Assembly (NCBI GenBank): GCA_013265495.1
Contig: MU061464.1
Span: forward strand, 1,630,442-1,694,441
Direction: 5' to 3'
DNA length: 64,000 nt
Source: Vicugna vicugna
Taxonomy: Eukaryota
In this document: in pieces, positions 25,651 to 38,141 of the stretch
Numbering within the stretch: position 1 is the first letter of the stretch
Layout: every line of letters starts with the position of its first letter
The notes under the pieces: generated by a model
What the model was told of the DNA's origin: nothing
The model's input: only the letters and a program-made list of their open reading frames with translations
Database searches by the model: none
Position numbers and translations under genes: made by a program

Positions 25651-27649
25651 GCAAGTGTCTGGAGGGGTGGGCGGGCCGCCGTGGACGAGACAGGACCTGG
25701 TAAGCCTCCACCGGGTTCTTGGAAAGTGTTCCATGAGAACCCAAGGGGCGGCAGGTAGCTGCAGAAACGGGCCATCGCTGCCTCTTTTGCGCAGGGATTT
25801 CCACCCTGGATCTGTTGTGGTCTAATCATCTCACGCAAAATTCAGTTCTAAAACCTCGTGGCTTCTACCCAGACCAGCAGGGTTTACGACACAGCACAGA
25901 CCTCTTCTTTCTTACCTGTTTCCCAAACCCACGTCCACATCCGCACCCACACTTGGCCTTAGCAAACAAATGCCTCGCAGCACACATTAGGCCAACCAGA
26001 TATATAAAATCTGTATTTACAAAAAGATTAGGAGTTTATGCATTTCACAAAAGGATCCTTTGCTTTGGAGAAGGACTCACCACAGGAATCCTTTAAATAA
26101 CTAGTTCACCAAATGACTTTAAAATAGGACTTGACTTCAAACATCTCCCCTAGAAAAAAAGGAAAAAGACTACATTTATCAAATACTTACTTATGTGTCA
26201 ATCACTGGGCCTGTACCGTTGGTCATTATTTTATTTAATCCTGAGTCCCTGCAATCCAGCGATTTGCACCAGGGGTGTATCTAGTTACTACGTCAGTTTG
26301 TTTGCATCTTTTGAGTTTCTTTAAACTTTATAAACCACCATATTTGTGCCCAGGAAAAATACAAGAATACGTAGCACCCTGGGGTCATTTTCTCTGGGGG
26401 CAAATGGCTTTTACGCACCTTAAAAGCCCTGGAGAAGGTGCCTTCCACCTCTAGCCCTTGTGAGACCAGACTAGTCTCCCACTGGAAACAATTCTCAAAC
26501 TAGCAAAAGCGTACAAGATAATTGTTCGCAGACACTAGACAGGACCCTCAAGAGCAGGGGAGCAAAAGCGACAAATCCCTCCGCGGCCCTCGCTTTCTGC
26601 CTCAAGCCCTTTACCCCGGGGGTGCGGGGAGCGGCACCCACGTGGAGCGGCCTCTCGCTGCGCTGGCACGACGGGGTCAGAGCCCAGGGCTGCAGAGGCG
26701 GATGGACTTCGTGTGGCAAGGACCGGGGAGGAGGAAGCTCACGGGGGAAGGACTCTGGACATCCGCTTAGGAGGCCGCAGGAATCTGTGGCTGAATGTTA
26801 AGCTGCGTTTACGTGGGGAGAGACTCCCCGAGGTTGGGCCAAGTACAACCGCCAGAGGACGGACTGGGCGCTGTGGACTAAACCGCCTCAGGAGCTCAGA
26901 AAGGACCGGGAGGCGTTAGAGTCTGGGGAGGCCCGGGAAGGTCAGGTCACGGGGAGTCAGACTTCAGAGAAGGCGTGCTCTAGACCCAGCCTGACAAGGC
27001 TTCAGCACGAGTCTTGAAAAGACCAAGTTGATCCACGAGTAAGTTACCTTCCTGCCAGAACGAAACTCAACCGCCGATTAAAGAAGACAGTGAAATCCAG
27101 AGTTCAGCAACACGGCCCTCATCATGTCCAGCGTCCAGCCAACGGTGGCCAGACGTCTGAAGTCGCAGGAGAAGGCGAACCACGATGAGAAGTACCAGCT
27201 GACAGGAGCTGACCCTCCCGGCGTTTTCCTTGCGACATAGTACAGTGCTTGCTTTTAGGAGTGAGAACCTTGATTCAATAAGAAGGTAAATGATGTTCTG
27301 GTTATTTTGTTTAAAAGCTGAAAAGTATGATACTTTTTAGGATTTGTGTCTCAAATGGAAAAAAAATTAGGAAAAAACGTTTATGCTGAAACTTCATCTC
27401 CTTGCACATCACGCTTGATTCACATGAATAATTTAAAACGTCACAGATTCATTATACTGCAAGGGGCCACAGGGCACCCATTTCCTCACTTGAGAGACGA
27501 GAAAACCAAAGCGCGGTGACGCGCTGATACAGCGGCTGGGTCATCGCTGAGCCGGCTTAGCTTCCTAGGCCTGTGCTCTTTCCATGCTGTTTTTAGAACC
27601 ATCCTGTTAGTTTTTAAATTTCATAGGATTTATTACAGATCTGCTCTTC

Positions 27650-28960
27650 TAGACACTGGCCATACAGCCATGACAAACTGGACAAGGCCCGCTTCTCAAG
27701 GAGATCACACTGTCGCGTGAAAGGCAGGCAACGAGCAAGAAAACAGCTAATTAAGAATTCCAGCTGGAGAGGTGTGCTCAGAAGAAAGTAAAAGCGGAAC
27801 AGGATAGAGAGTCACGGGGGTGAGAGAGGTGCCTGGTTTGGCGTGTGTGGTCAGAGAAGGCTCCCGTGCCCTGAGTCCTGAATGATGACAAAGAGCTGGC
27901 CATGTGAGTGTCTGGAAGGAAATAATTGCAGGCAGAGGGTAGAGCAAGTGCGAAGGCCCTGCGGTGGGAAGGAGCTTGGCGGGAGAACGGGGGCGAGGAG
28001 GGGGCGAGTGGTGAAGACTCAGCGGCTGCAGAGCTGCGTCCTGGGCCGGCTGCCAACTACGGCAGCACTTGGTTACGCCTAGGTGCCCATTAAGGCTCTG
28101 TCGGGCTCTGCCTATCAGGACTCTCTGGTTTACTGAGCATGTAAGTGTGCCGGTAACAAGTAGGTGCCATACAGAAATTCAAGAATTATAATCGTATCCT
28201 AGATATGTTACAGCAAGAAGAGAGCGGCTTTGAAAGCAGCGGGCCGCGTCTGGGTTCACACGCATAGACCACATGTTCTCGGGCACCTTCTCCGGGGGCT
28301 TATTAGAGTCTCAGCTTTACTGATAAAAGTGAACATAATGCTGACCGGCCCAGAGTGACCAGAGGAAGGCATGAGCTGCGTAGCACAGCCTGGCCCGGTG
28401 TGTGGCACATACTGGTGGCTCAGGAAAAAAAGTTCCTTTCAGTCTTCTTTCTAGGGAATGCGGCACACTGCCAAGGCACGTGAAGACGCCTGGAGAGAGG
28501 ACGAAAGGCTTCATGAGTCACAGCACCTGTGCGACGTGCCTGCTATGTGCCAGGCCCTGTTTTAAGCTCTGGGGATAGTGTGATGAGCAAGACAGACCTG
28601 TTTCCCATTCCGGACAGGAAGAGACCAACAATAACCTAAAGCAAGAAAAAATGTTAGTTAGAAATAAGTGCTTTGCAAAGAATTTAACCCGAATGGTGTA
28701 ACGGGGCAGAGCGGGGCTCTGGGGCACACAGGGTGAGCCAGAGAGGCGTTTCCCAGGCGATGCTTACGCTGGAGTCCGAATAAGAAGGAGGAGCCAGCGG
28801 AGTGACAATCTGGGGAACAACAGTCCAGGCAGAGGAATGCAAATTTAAAGGCCCACAGGCAAGAAGCAGATCACAGATCATCTTGGTCAGAGCATAACAG
28901 GTGGGCAGGAGGCTTCCATTAGCTAAGGTCAGAAATGAGGAAGGGTCAGATCCTTAAATG
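27650..28960 (-). mobile_element. L2 LINE fragments (27650-28090 and 28510-28960)
   Basis: ctatgtgccaggccctgttttaagctctgggga, and tctggaaggaaataattgcaggcagagggtagagcaagtgcgaaggcc. Confidence 0.65.
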
Positions 28961-29830
28961 CCAAGATAATCGCAGCTACAGGACGAGTCTCCCTAATGTA
29001 GAAAGAATTCTTAGAAATTGAGAAGGTAAAGGACAACCCAACAGAAAAACAGGAAAAGGACAGAACAGACAGTTCACAGAAAGAGATGAAAAAAGATGCA
29101 CAATCTCCTTCATCATAAGAAAAATGCAAATTGAGATTCCATTGAGATACCATTTTTTTATCCAGCGGATTGGCAGTTGGATAATGTGCTCGACTGGTGC
29201 AGCTAGACGAGAACAGGCATTGTTGACAGGTGTGTTAAATGGTGCAGCTTCAACAGAACACAGCTTGGAAATATTTATTAGAAATATAAACACATTTAAT
29301 CTTTGGCCTGGTAGTCCTACTTCTGAGACCTCACCCTTGAGATTTGTCTGCACACAACCCCAAAAAACTTACTTACAAGGCTACTCATTGCAGCTTGTTT
29401 GTAACAGTGAGCGAGAGAAAGAACCCAGGCGTGCACTGAGGGAGGCACGTTGAATGGATTACGGCATATTCCCATGGTAGAACCCTACACAGCTATTAAA
29501 AAAGAGAGGACGAGGAACCGTCTTATATTCTGATACGGAAACAAAACGTATCAGGTGAGAAAAGCAACATTCAGAGCGTGTACAGCGTGCCATCAGTGAG
29601 CAATAACGGAGAAAACAACAAGTGATTCTTGTCTGCTTGCATTTACTCTAAGGAACAGGGCGCGGCTGTAAAGGTGGTCACCCACGAGGGGAGCAGGGCG
29701 GGCAGAGCCAGGAGTGGGGACAGGACTTGCGAACACGCACTTTCTCCTCTCATTCACATTTTCAAACGGGGTAAATTATATTTTTATTCAAAACTTTAAA
29801 AAAGTTAAAGACAAAAATGAATAAACAAGA
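28960..29830 (+). mobile_element. Old LINE-1 (L1M) ORF2-end/3' UTR fragments
   Basis: cataagaaaaatgcaaattgagattccattgagataccat...atggtagaaccctacacagctattaaaaa. Confidence 0.7.
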
Positions 29831-29869
29831 AAACCTACCAGTTGAGTTAAGAAAAGATATGGGAATTTG

Positions 29870-30570
29870 GAACTTTTTCTAAGTGTGATAGGAAAACTTT
29901 GGAATTTGTTCTAAATGTGATGGGGAGAGCTTTAAACGGGGGATTGACCAGATCTAGCACGCTTGGAAGAGAGCGCTCTGGCTAGCAGCCAAGTGGGGAG
30001 CAAAGCGCAGTGAGACAGGAGGGACACAGAAGTCTGATCTGCGCTGGTTGGTGTTAGAGACCAGGATGACTTAGACGAGGCTGAGGTGGTGCGGCCGGGA
30101 GCAGCAGAACGTGGTTTGGAAATAAAGTCAGCAGGACTTGCTGCAGACAGATGTGCTGTGAGGGTGGGAGAAGACAAGCTCGCTGCCTTGAGCAAGGGGT
30201 AGTGTGACGGGGCCGCCATAGCTCAGACAGAGAGAAAACGACTTGCAGACGGGGCAGGTCCCGCAGGGCCATGGAGAAGGCTGTGCACCAGCAGGCCCAT
30301 GAGGGATGTTAGGATCTGAGGGATGGTGAGAGGCAGTGCAGACGGATAGGCGGGACTGGAGCAGGCACGGGGCACAGGACGGGGGTGGTGGTCTCTCTCC
30401 TAATACTTGCTTCTGGTTTTTCTCCACTGCAACTCAGCTCAGAGCCACAGGCATGAAGCGACTTGAAACCAAATCCTCCATTTCCACTACATGCTTCTCT
30501 TAACTGCTTCCTACACTTCCTGTGACTGTTTCTGTCAGTAACTGAAGAGTTTCTATCATGCACGTTGGGA
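29870..30570 (-). mobile_element. L2 LINE fragment
   Basis: ctaaatgtgatggggagagc...ggtttggaaataaagtcagcaggacttgctgcag matches L2. Confidence 0.6.
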
Positions 30571-31422
30571 TTCTGAGAAACAATACCAAAGGGGAAAAAT
30601 CAGCCAGTCAAAATGGGGGCTGTCTGGCTGGGTTAAAGACTTGTCGCTTTTTCCTTTGCTGGCACAATAACTGAATTACTTCTGTTGGAATGTACTTGTG
30701 AACTGCAAACTGTGAAGACATGGTGAAGAATGGCGGATTTCCCTGGAGCCCGGGCCGGATACTCCGACAGGTGCTTCTCATTCTAAGGCTAACTGACAGG
30801 CTAGGAAGCTGCTGGTTTGGGCCTCTCCACTGCGCTTCAGGGCAGGATTTGATGGCTGGACTCCTCACTGGAGGAGCTCCTCTGTAGACTCGGGACCTGC
30901 CTTGAAAGCCTAGGGGCCCCAGAAGCTTGTGTTTCTGACAGAGAAGAGATCTGAAGCTCTGGTTTCCACTTTGGGGGTCGATTGTTACTATCTTGGTTGA
31001 GGTTTAACACCAACAATCCTGTTTTTTTCCTCTTCCTACCCTTTCCCTCCACCAAACAGAATCCATGTGTTTTTTCCCCTTTTAAAATTCAGTATTACTT
31101 CAACACTCTTGTTAAGTGCACTGTGTTCTTTGCAGGAACTATGTCATATGCAGTTTGTGAACCGGGACGAGTAACAGAGCGGCAGGAGCAGCTCCACCCA
31201 AGTTACTTGTGAGGACTTTCAGCTCTGGATCTTGGGTTGATCAAGTGGAGGAGCCCAGTTGGGTTTTAAAGCTGAGAAATTCTTGTTCTCCTTGTCCATC
31301 CTTCTTGTACAGATGGTGCTGTGGTCTATAAAAGGACCCTCAGTTCTGGGGCTTCTGAGCTGAAAAAAACTATTGAGAACATATTTGTTAGGGAAAAAAA
31401 AAAGGAAAATGGCTGGGAGGTA

Positions 31423-31449
31423 GTGTGTGTGTGTGTGTGTGTGTGTGTG
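31423..31449. repeat. (GT)13 microsatellite
   Basis: A pure GT run is directly visible. Confidence 0.95.
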
Positions 31450-32040
31450 CACTTGCAACCCTCATTCTCTTTAAGTCAAGGTAGAGTTCACTTCAGTCAT
31501 GTAGTTCTACTTTGAAAGTTTATTTTATTTTATTTTTTAATGAAATTTCAGAAACAATAAATGGAGAAGGTCATTAAGAATCAATTCCAGCTGCGACCTT
31601 CAGAAGAAGAGGAGGTGATGTCATATGACCTTTATTTTTAGTGGGAAACAAAATCTACATAAAGTGCAGTATTCATTTCCTCTGAAAAAGTTAAGATTGA
31701 AATTTAGACACAGAGACAGAAAATATGCAAAAACTCAACCTGTAGATTATCAGTGACATCTATAAAGCAGCCACACGCCCATTTCCAAACACACTGTGCT
31801 AGGGAGCAGCGATGCTGTAGGCTGGCAGCTTTGACACAAAAAGATTTGTACATTTTCCTTGAAAATGGCATCTGGTAATTTTTCTTCCCTTGGCAGAACT
31901 GTAACGCTCACAAGTGACAGGAGGAAACCAACACTTTATAAATGATGTTTGACTAGCTAATATTAATTTTTCTAGAAACATGCACGTGGGAGAAGGAAGA
32001 GCAGGAGCAGCAATAAGTCATCATGCAAATCACCGATTCT

Positions 32041-32398
32041 GATCTTAGTCAGCCGGGCTGCGGCGACAGCCACCACAGGCCGAGGGGCTTAAACACAGGC
32101 GTTGATCTCTCACGGTTCTGGAGGCTGGACGTCCGAGATCAAGGCACTGGCAGAGCTGTGTCTGGTGGGAGCTGCTTCCTGGCTGACAGATGGCTGTCTT
32201 CACCCTCTATCCTCACATGGCAGCGAGAGGACACGAGCTAGCTCCTGCCTCTTCCCATGTGGGCACTAATGCCATTGTGGGGGCTCCATCCTCATGACCT
32301 AAATATCCCCCAAAGGCCTCTTTTCCAAACGGCGTCACCTGGGGATTAGGGCTTCAACATACAAACTGTGGGGGGACCCGAACATTCAGTTCGTAGCA
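32041..32398 (-). mobile_element. MaLR MLT1A-like LTR (3' LTR)
   Basis: gttctggaggctggacgtccgagatcaagg...ggattagggcttcaacat...aacattcagttcgtagca. The minus-strand start is tgctacgaactgaatgtt. Confidence 0.85.
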
Positions 32399-33370
32399 TT
32401 TTACTTGGCCCTTGACCCACGGCATGTCCTTCTCACGTGCCAAATATGTTCTGCTCATTCCAGCAGCCCCCAGAGTCTGAACTCATTCCAGGTCACCTTT
32501 AAAGTCCAAAGTCTCATCTAAACATCATCTGATATCAGTGAGAATCAAGGTGGGTACAATTCGTTCTGAGGCAACGTCCTCTCCAGCCCTGAAACCGCGA
32601 AGCCAAGCAGGATACATGCTTGCAAGTCACAGCCGTGGGGCAGGCGTGGGACAGCCATTCTGAAGGTTAGCAGAGCACACTGCCCCAAGGGGTGATGGGA
32701 GGACCGCAGGAGGCACGCCGCCCCACCCCGTGCAGGCTTGGGGTATTGATTATTTTGAGCTGCACTCCCCCTTAGCTGCCTGAAGGCACATCCTCCAAAA
32801 GGAACTCAACCGTCAGGAAGCTTCTCCCAGGAGAAGACTGACTTTGTCACCCAGAGGAGACTGACTCACCACAGGAGATGGGAACAGACATCAGTACCAA
32901 ACCCGAACGTTGTCACAACCTCTCACACCTTCTCTCCTTTCACCCTTCCTAAAAATCATTTGCGCTCCCCTGAAAGGCCTACATCCCCTCCTCCTCTTTC
33001 CCGGAAACGGCATCCAGCCCTGAGCGCCACGCCGCCTCCTGCCGCCCTCATCGGCCCCTGGGTCTCCCTCATGTGTGTGAGGCATGCGTGCTAATGAGCT
33101 GCTGTTTATTTTTCTCTTGTCAATATGTCTCTTATTTCGAACGTCTCAGCTAAGAACTCAGAAGGGGAGAGGGAAGAATTTTTTTCCTCCCCCACAATTC
33201 TCATTCCAAAAAGGAAAAATAGGAAAGAAGGAAGGCGTGAGAGGACCCAAGCAAGTCCAAAACCTAACAAAACAAACTCCATTGACACCTCAAGGATCTG
33301 GAACAACCCTCTTTGGCTTGACGCTCTGCCCTCCAGATCCGCTGGGGTGGCAGCACCGGCCCCAAAGGAA
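32399..33370 (-). mobile_element. MLT1 internal sequence adjoining the LTR, split by a solo LTR at 32661-33196
   Basis: atgtccttctcac...aaagtccaaagtctcatct and cattccaaaaagg...ccaagcaagtccaaaa match MaLR-int. Confidence 0.7.
32661..33196 (+). mobile_element. Solo ERV1-class LTR (536 bp) with 4-bp TSD
   Basis: It begins TGaagg and ends tttttcctcccccaCA. It is flanked by ATTC at 32657-32660 and 33197-33200. Strand is inferred from the U5-like end. Confidence 0.85.
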
Positions 33371-34299
33371 GTCGGGGGTGGACCTAACATTAACTGAATT
33401 TTTGTTTTTCAGACACTTTCTCTAAATGTTTTTAAATAACAGGGGGGAAAATCAGATCTGTATTTTTTTTTTCCAGTGAAAATGGGACAACCTATCTCCC
33501 ATATTTTGGGTCATGGATTTATAACCCTTCTGGGGTCATGGAATCCTTTAAGAATCAAAAGGAAACTGTGACTAGTTGTTATATGTTAAGGTCTCAGTGA
33601 ATTAGGCCTATTTCTGAATGCTTTTATCTCTTTGAGAAATCTGCTTAAGTATTCCTATGCGAATATCACACTGTCTTTATTGTAAGATTTTATGCTACAT
33701 CTTAGTATCTGCTGAGGCCAGACCCCCCTCACCATTCTTTTTCAGAACCTTAATTCCGTGGGAAATGGATGCATTTTTAAATAAGTGCTTCGGGTAAAAC
33801 TGAATAATCACCTGAAGGAAACGAGCATTGACGCCCGCCTGCAAACCACCCGCAAACCGTCAGGAAATGGGGGCTGAAGATCTAAATTTGAACAATGAAT
33901 TAATAAAACTATTAGCGTATTCTAGAGAGACCCCAAGAAAGACAGGAAACCCAGGACCCAAGAGGAAAAGGCAGACATGTTCAACTACATAAAAATTAAA
34001 CATCTTATCTTGGCGATATCCATTATAACCAAAATGAATGAAATGGATTAGAAAAAAATATTTGTTGTACAGGACGTGGGACATATAATGTCATAACTAT
34101 GGAAATTGTTAAGAAAAATACAACCCAACAGAAAGGTGGACAAGGAAATGGAAATGTACAGAAGGACCTGGAAAAGGCCAATAATTTATAGCAACTTAAA
34201 CCTGCTTGGTTATGAGATAATAAAATTCAAATAAGAAGATACAATTTTTCAACCATCAGATTGGCAACATTTAAAACATGTAATGCTGGTAACAATACT

Positions 34300-34465
34300 A
34301 GCAGATGGCATTTATTAAGTGGACCAGTATATGCTAAACACTTTATGTGGATGATCTCATTCAATATTCGTGACAATGCTAAGAAGTAGATTTGTTTAAA
34401 TTAAGGAAATGACTCAGCTGGCAAATGGCAGAGCCGAGACTCGAACCTGTGCGGTCTGGGAGCCC
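34300..34465 (-). mobile_element. MIR SINE
   Basis: atgctaaacactttatgtggatgatctcattcaat...ggcagagccgagactcgaacc. Confidence 0.65.
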
Positions 34466-34829
34466 AGGCTCTGTTTCAGCATGCCCAGTGCTGGCGGGAA
34501 GGCTTGTGGCCACGTGGTTTGTGACAACCTTTAGAAAAAGTAACGTGGTAATAGGTATTGGTAGTAAAAACGCATCCCCTTTGACCTGCCATCCCCAGAA
34601 TAAAAGACGCACCATGACCGTGGCATCGTCCGTTATCACTTCTTTAGCTACTTGGTAGAACTTACCGATAAAAACCATCTGGGTTCAGCAGCTTTTTTTT
34701 TTTTAATTTTATGTTCTGTTTTGTTGTGAGTACATTTTAAACCCCTGATGGTTGAAGATACAGTTTTAATTTTCTGTTGCTTCTTAAATTGGTTTTGGAA
34801 AATTGTATTTTTTCCAGGAAATCATCTGT

Positions 34830-35117
34830 GCCGTTTACTAGTAAGCTCTCGTCTCCCAGACCCTAACCTGTCTTCCTCCATCCGCCTGATGCCGTGGGTG
34901 CTGGGACTCTGCAAACCACGCCCAGTTTTGCCTTCGGACAGTCCTCAGCCCCAGGGATGCAATTTTTCCTGTATTTATTAGCTCTGTGGTACCTCAGTGT
35001 CCTCTCTTCACCTTTTTAGCCAACCAACATCTGCTTAACCAATTTCTGATTTAAATTTCTTTCTGTTTAAATACCCAGTATGGATTCTGTTTACCCAACA
35101 GGACCCTAACTGCTACA
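34830..35117 (+). mobile_element. ERVL-type LTR fragment (MLT2/LTR16/33-like)
   Basis: It ends gattctgtttacccaacaggaccctaactgctaca, a typical ERVL LTR terminus. The left boundary is uncertain. Confidence 0.45.
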
Positions 35118-35119
35118 TT

Positions 35120-35860
35120 TCCCACATTGTCTAAGTTTTCAAATTTATCAGAAGAAAATTATTTATGGTGATCCCTTATTTATTAAAATCTCTGTCATAT
35201 CTATTGATTTGTCCTTTTTTATTCCTAATGCATGCATTTATTTTCACTTAATTTTTGTCTATTTCTAGAAGTCTTTTAAAATAATAATTTAGTTTTTGGC
35301 ATGTTTCCCAATTTGCTATATTGGATACTCTTCACTTTCAACCTTCCATTGTTTCCCAGTTTAAGCATTTTACATAAAAATTTCTCATAAATTACTACTT
35401 TAGCTGCATATATGAACTTAGTATTTTTATTCTTCAAGTTTATATATTTTCTAATTTCTATTATGAGTACTCCTTTGAATCATGAGTGTTTTTAAAATTC
35501 CAAATATATTGAATATTTTAAAATTATTGTTTTCTTATTGATTTGCAAATTACTTGAATTTGGTTAAAGAACTTGACCAGTATGATTACGTTTTGTGATA
35601 TTTGCTGAGAATTCCATTATGGGCTAGTAGTGGTCAATTTGTATAAATATTCAATATAAGACAAAGTTCTCAAATTTGGGGTCACAGATTCTACGTCTAC
35701 CCAGTAGATCAAGCGTAACTGCATTGTTCAAATCTTCCATATGCAGATCTTTTTGATTTACCCACTCCTGAGAGTGATATGTTACAGGCTCCTATTATGA
35801 TGGTGAATCTGTCAGTTTCTCTTTGTGATTCTATCACCTTTTTTTTTTTGGCTTTAAAGT
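35120..35860 (-). mobile_element. Old LINE-1 ORF2 fragment, AT-rich
   Basis: ttgttcaaatcttccatat...gagagtgatatgttacaggctcctattatgatggtgaatctgtcagtttctct. Confidence 0.65.
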
Positions 35861-37069
35861 ACTCGAATGCCAGGACACACCCAAGGATGTAAACTGCAGC
35901 AGGAGTATCTTGACAAAACCCTGAAAAGAACACACTTCTAAATGTTCATCAGCAGTGAAATGGCTGAATTCATCGTACGAAATATTCCATAGCCATTAAA
36001 AAGCATGAATTTGTTTCATATTTACTAACTAAAGGGAGGGCCATGTTAAGAAAAAAGGCGAGTTTTGGAGTATGTATACAGTGTAAACCAAAAGAAATCC
36101 TCTATTTGTGAGCATGCATCAACATGCGTGAGTTAGAGAAGAGGCTGTCAACATCGTCCTCCAGGGAAGTGACTGGAGGAGAGGGGGCAGTAACAATACC
36201 TCTTTTATTTCACCTGCTACAATGGCCATGTCTTACTCTGGCAATTTGAGGAAAGTCTAGTGCAAAAATGATGATCAGCACTCATCTTCTGAAGCCTGGT
36301 GGAGAGATATGCCACGTGGGAAAAGCAAGTCACAAACGTTATGATGCGATCTCATTTATTGTAGTGACGTGTACGTGTCGATGTGAACATAAGGAAACAT
36401 CTGGGAACACATTCACTAAGTCAATATTATTTTCTTTACTTCAACGGTTACAGGGGCTTTTTCACTGCTACGCGTGTCTGTTGTTTGCATTCATGTTATA
36501 TGTCTGTATTAACTGTGTGTGCAAACGTATCATGAGGTCATACCTACAAAAGGGCTATGGACCCTTCGAATGAAGAAACTCAAAACAACAAAAAAAGTCC
36601 AGTCACGTCAATGCAGAAATCAAATGCAAGTTCAGGTAGTTCACGGACTTTTTGAAGCCTACTTGCAGGTGACCTGGATTTCTACTCCAGTAGACACAAA
36701 GGGAATTTAACAGCAGAAAAACTGGTTGGCCTATCAAATCTCCCTCTGTCCCCTGGGAGAGGAGCTGACTCCAAGGCACAGTCTTTGGGACTAAAAGCTG
36801 GCTGGACTCTCATCTGTTAACGAGGATCCAGCGTCGCTGGAGCGAGACGCTGCTTGAACGCCTCACGCCGCTACTGCCGTGTGGACACCTGCCTGTGCGA
36901 GGTGCGGGGTGCGGGCCCCCGGCCTTGGTACCTTTTTGTGTCTGTTTCTCATCATCTAAGCCACTACTTTTCAAAAGGGAAAGAGAAGGCTATGAGAGTG
37001 CAGTTTGTAAACATATTCAATGTTATAATTTATCTTTGATAGTAAGAGGAAACTATTGTTTCCATAATA

Positions 37070-37620
37070 TAAACGTGCCTGGTGGGGGATATGCCCCGTA
37101 GAACACCAGCTCCAGAGAGTCTGGAGAAGCTGCTGGGAAGGTGGGCAGATTGCTCTCTTTGAATCATGCTTAGGAGGTTGAACTTTATTCTGAAGGCAAA
37201 TAGAGGAATTACCTACAGGCTTGAAGTTGGGAAATGGCAGGACTTGCGTCTTTTTCGGACTCCTTTAGCTGCGTGGCGGAGAGGGACTGGGAGGGGAGCA
37301 AGCTGGGAAGTCACATTAGGCTTGTGCAGTGATTCGGTTTAAGAGATCACGGGCTTGGATTCTGGGTAACAGCACAAAGAGTAAACGTCAGTCCGTGGTT
37401 TGGAGAAAGATATTCCAAAGGTAGAACAGACTTGGATTTATGAGTTTGGGGGTGTGGGAGCCAAAAAGGAGTCCAGAGAGATTTCCAGGTTTCTGGCTTG
37501 GGCAGCTGGACGCTGGTGACGCCGCACTGACAGAGGAGGCTGGGGCAGCGCTGAGGCGGCTGGGGAGGATGGAAACAGTAGTTCCGAAAAGCATGCTATG
37601 TCCTCTTTCCTCGCCTCTAG
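37070..37620 (-). mobile_element. L2 LINE fragment just downstream of the TGFBR3 poly(A) site
   Basis: gaactttattctgaaggcaaatagagg...gagatttccaggtttctggcttgggcagctgg. Confidence 0.7.
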
Positions 37621-37883
37621 GAGACTGACAGACGGCCCCCAGTCGGATTCCAGGTCTCCTGCCACATTTTCCAAGAGTGGCAGCCGCTGCCCTGTCCCTC
37701 CGGGCTGCCCACCCGTTCTCTCTGCCCTGCGGGCCTACGGTATTCTCTTAGCCCCGCTTCCTCGTCAACACCGCTGTAGGGGACGGTAAATTCAGGAGAA
37801 AGGCACAAACACAGGTTCTATCAGCCTGAGGGCAGAGCTTAATAATGACCAAACAAGACACATAGTAACACTTGATATATCTT

Positions 37884-37889
37884 TTTATT
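37884..37889 (-). terminator. TGFBR3: Distal poly(A) signal AATAAA of TGFBR3
   Basis: The minus strand reads AATAAAaagatatatcaagtgttactaTGTGTCTTGTTTGG, a canonical hexamer with a GU-rich downstream element at the expected spacing. Confidence 0.8.
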
Positions 37890-38141
37890 ATGCACAGATA
37901 AAGGACTTAAAACTGTGGTTATCAAAAGTATACATCTAAGCATGTTCACAAAATTGCCGACACACTGAACAGAGAAAAGAGTCCAATAGGGGTGTTCAGA
38001 CTGGCCACAGCGATTCTAAGGGCACTCCTTTTACCCTCGTAGACAATGCAAACAGCAACGCAATCAGGCTCATTCAGGAAAAACCAGAAGAGAAAAGTAT
38101 TGCATTTGGAAACTGATAATAATCCTTTTTAGAAAAACATC

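Noticed and set aside
31327-31334. TATAAAAG as a promoter
   Set aside because: It is an isolated 8-mer without supporting CpG or initiator context, at a frequency compatible with chance.
32661-33370. Proviral ERV with PBS/gag downstream of the LTR
   Set aside because: The LTR is directly flanked by its TSD, so it is a solo LTR. No PBS or internal ERV1 sequence is present.
1-37800. Processed pseudogene such as human HSP90B3P, or CDC7 exons
   Set aside because: No HSP90- or CDC7-like peptide appears in any frame I could read.
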